Origin: Vulcanimicrobiota bacterium
Lineage (GTDB): Bacteria > Vulcanimicrobiota > Vulcanimicrobiia > Vulcanimicrobiales > Vulcanimicrobiaceae
Length of the DNA: 64,000 bases
Direction of reading: 5' to 3'
Assembly (NCBI GenBank): GCA_963733295.1
Contig: CAVTCS010000015.1
Location: 1,038 to 65,037, forward strand
Shown: piece after piece, positions 62,900-64,000 of the stretch
How positions within the stretch are numbered: the stretch's first letter is position 1
Layout: every line of letters starts with the position of its first letter
The notes under the pieces: model-generated
Told to the model about the DNA's origin: nothing
The model's database searches: none
What the model saw: the letters and a program-made list of their open reading frames with translations, nothing else
Program-made: the position numbers and the translations under genes

Positions 62900-63640
62900 A
62901 TGTCAGACACGTTTATCTGGGGAGTCTGGCCCTACATGGCCGTCGCGATCTTCGTCTTCGGCAGCCTGTATCGCTATTTCTTCGATCGGTTCTCTTTCTC
63001 GAGCCAATCCTCGCAGTTCTTAGAGAACAGGATGGCGTTCTGGGGATCGACGATGTGGCACTACGGGATCATTCTAATCTTGATCCCGCATACGCTGGGA
63101 TTCTTCTTCCCGAAGGCGTGGGCTGCGCTGATCGCGGACCAAACGCGTCTCTACGTCATGGAAGTCACGGGCCTCGCGCTCGCGGTGATGGCGATATGCG
63201 GGTTGGCGATTCTGATCGTCCGGCGCTTGACGAGCGCTCGCGTACGGTTCGTCACGACGACGATGGACTGGGTGCTTCTTGCGGCGCTCGGCGCCCAGGT
63301 CGTGCTCGGATTTTGGATCGCGTTCTTCTACCGCTGGGGCTCGGAGTGGTACCTGCACACCTCGGTGCCGTGGCTTGAGTCGCTCGCGGTCTTCAACCCG
63401 CAACTTCAGTACGTCACCGCTCTGCCGATACCGGTCAAACTCCACATGCTGAACGCGTTTCTGATCCTTGCGCTCTTCCCGTTCACGCGCTTGGTGCACG
63501 TGGTCACCGTTCCGCTTCCGTACTTGTTCCGGCCGTACCAAGTCGTCATCTGGTACACGAACCGCAAGAAACAGTACGCCGCGCCGCCCGACGTCGCGCG
63601 AATCGGACCGGACGTTCCCTACTTGCCACGCGGCCTGTAG
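62900..63640 (+). CDS. narI: Respiratory nitrate reductase gamma subunit (diheme cytochrome b)
   Basis: 246 aa with five TM helices and conserved His residues (WHYGIILILIPH, RLVHVVTVP). Confidence 0.92.
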   Translation: MSDTFIWGVWPYMAVAIFVFGSLYRYFFDRFSFSSQSSQFLENRMAFWGSTMWHYGIILILIPHTLGFFFPKAWAALIADQTRLYVMEVTGLALAVMAICGLAILIVRRLTSARVRFVTTTMDWVLLAALGAQVVLGFWIAFFYRWGSEWYLHTSVPWLESLAVFNPQLQYVTALPIPVKLHMLNAFLILALFPFTRLVHVVTVPLPYLFRPYQVVIWYTNRKKQYAAPPDVARIGPDVPYLPRGL

Positions 63641-63672
63641 TCCAAATCATCCCACACAGTTCGTGGCCGTTC

Positions 63673-63690
63673 GCGGTCGGCATCGACCGC
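63673..63690 (+). terminator. Weak candidate terminator hairpin after narI
   Basis: gcggtcg-gcat-cgaccgc (7-bp stem) lies 33 nt after the narI stop. A second 7-bp hairpin lies at 63717..63733. Neither has a U-tract. Confidence 0.2.
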
Positions 63691-63909
63691 GGCGGCCGGC
63701 ACTGGTTCACAGACGTCCTCGGCGTGGCCGAGGCATCGACGCTTATCGCGCCCGTCGTTTTACGTGGCGGATTTCTTCATCGCGCTCGTTCGTGAGGAAC
63801 GCGCGGTGCGGAGCGAGGGCGTTTCGATGCGAGAATCTTCCCCGGTAAAGGTTGTGCCAAAGGCGTTGTAATAAGGAAGATTTTACCTCGGTTTCTAGCG
63901 GAGGTCGTT

Positions 63910-64000
63910 CATGCGGGAAACGCTCTTGTCTACTCAGGATCTTGCAAATCACGGTGACGCGCCCGGCACGTATGACGGGGTGCCGGTTCTCGATTTCGTC
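63910..64000 (+). CDS. 5' end of an unidentified gene running off the right edge
   Basis: ATG at 63910 preceded by GGAGG at 6 nt. It reads MRETLLSTQDLANHGDAPGTYDGVPVLDFV... and is too short to classify. Confidence 0.35.

Noticed and set aside
63743-63952. 69-aa minus-strand ORF downstream of narI.
   Set aside because: It is Arg-rich, has no SD, and overlaps the SD-equipped start at 63910 of a plus-strand gene. It is probably spurious, although the 270-nt region 63641..63909 is otherwise unassigned.

Overview
This is a GC-rich bacterial chromosomal segment (roughly two-thirds G+C by eye), densely coding on both strands. The organism looks diderm: LptD, LptF/G, Lnt and a beta-barrel porin are present. 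All family names come from motifs read in the supplied translations; no homology search or RNA model was run.

Ordinary content, left to right:
- An envelope-glycan locus: a GT-C-like membrane protein, a HAD-UbiA prenyltransferase fusion with a second paralog running off the left edge, an acyltransferase-3 and another large membrane protein.
- A family-5 ABC substrate-binding protein and an aldehyde dehydrogenase.
- pntAA-pntAB-pntB.
- An RCK-gated K+ channel.
- FAH-family and NmrA-like enzymes.
- An alpha-2-macroglobulin-like repeat protein.
- polA, a DUF192 protein, a porin, mutM, rpsA and coaE.
- A D-aminoacylase and a KGG stress protein.
- Outer-membrane biogenesis genes: an LptC-like protein, lnt, lptD, lptF/G and an SLT transglycosylase.
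- An alcohol dehydrogenase and a TrmB regulator.
- Heme-copper-oxidase-like membrane proteins, hemA and a CusF-like protein.
- moaA, with a candidate Moco riboswitch upstream.
- A thiO-like gene and bcp.
- A GAF-SARP regulator followed by a MobB-like gene, a NarC-like cytochrome c and narGHJI, a Thermus-style respiratory nitrate reductase operon.

Accessory or unusual content:
1. A tightly packed six-gene orphan operon (48.3-51.1 kb). It contains a LAS/M15-motif protein and an unlisted 57-aa Cys-rich ORF, and is followed by a mosaic of tiny zinc-ribbon and RHH-like genes (51.1-52.4 kb). This is my best candidate for an undescribed system.
2. A lower-GC toxin-antitoxin islet with higBA and hipBA.
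3. rpsA, in its conserved polA...rpsA-coaE position, is broken by four single-base frameshifts. A second membrane-protein gene also appears frameshifted, and a ferritin-like gene remnant is present.
4. A decayed segmental duplication and a 46-bp tandem duplication near 3.3-3.5 kb.

No rRNA, tRNA, CRISPR array, transposase or integrase was recognised.
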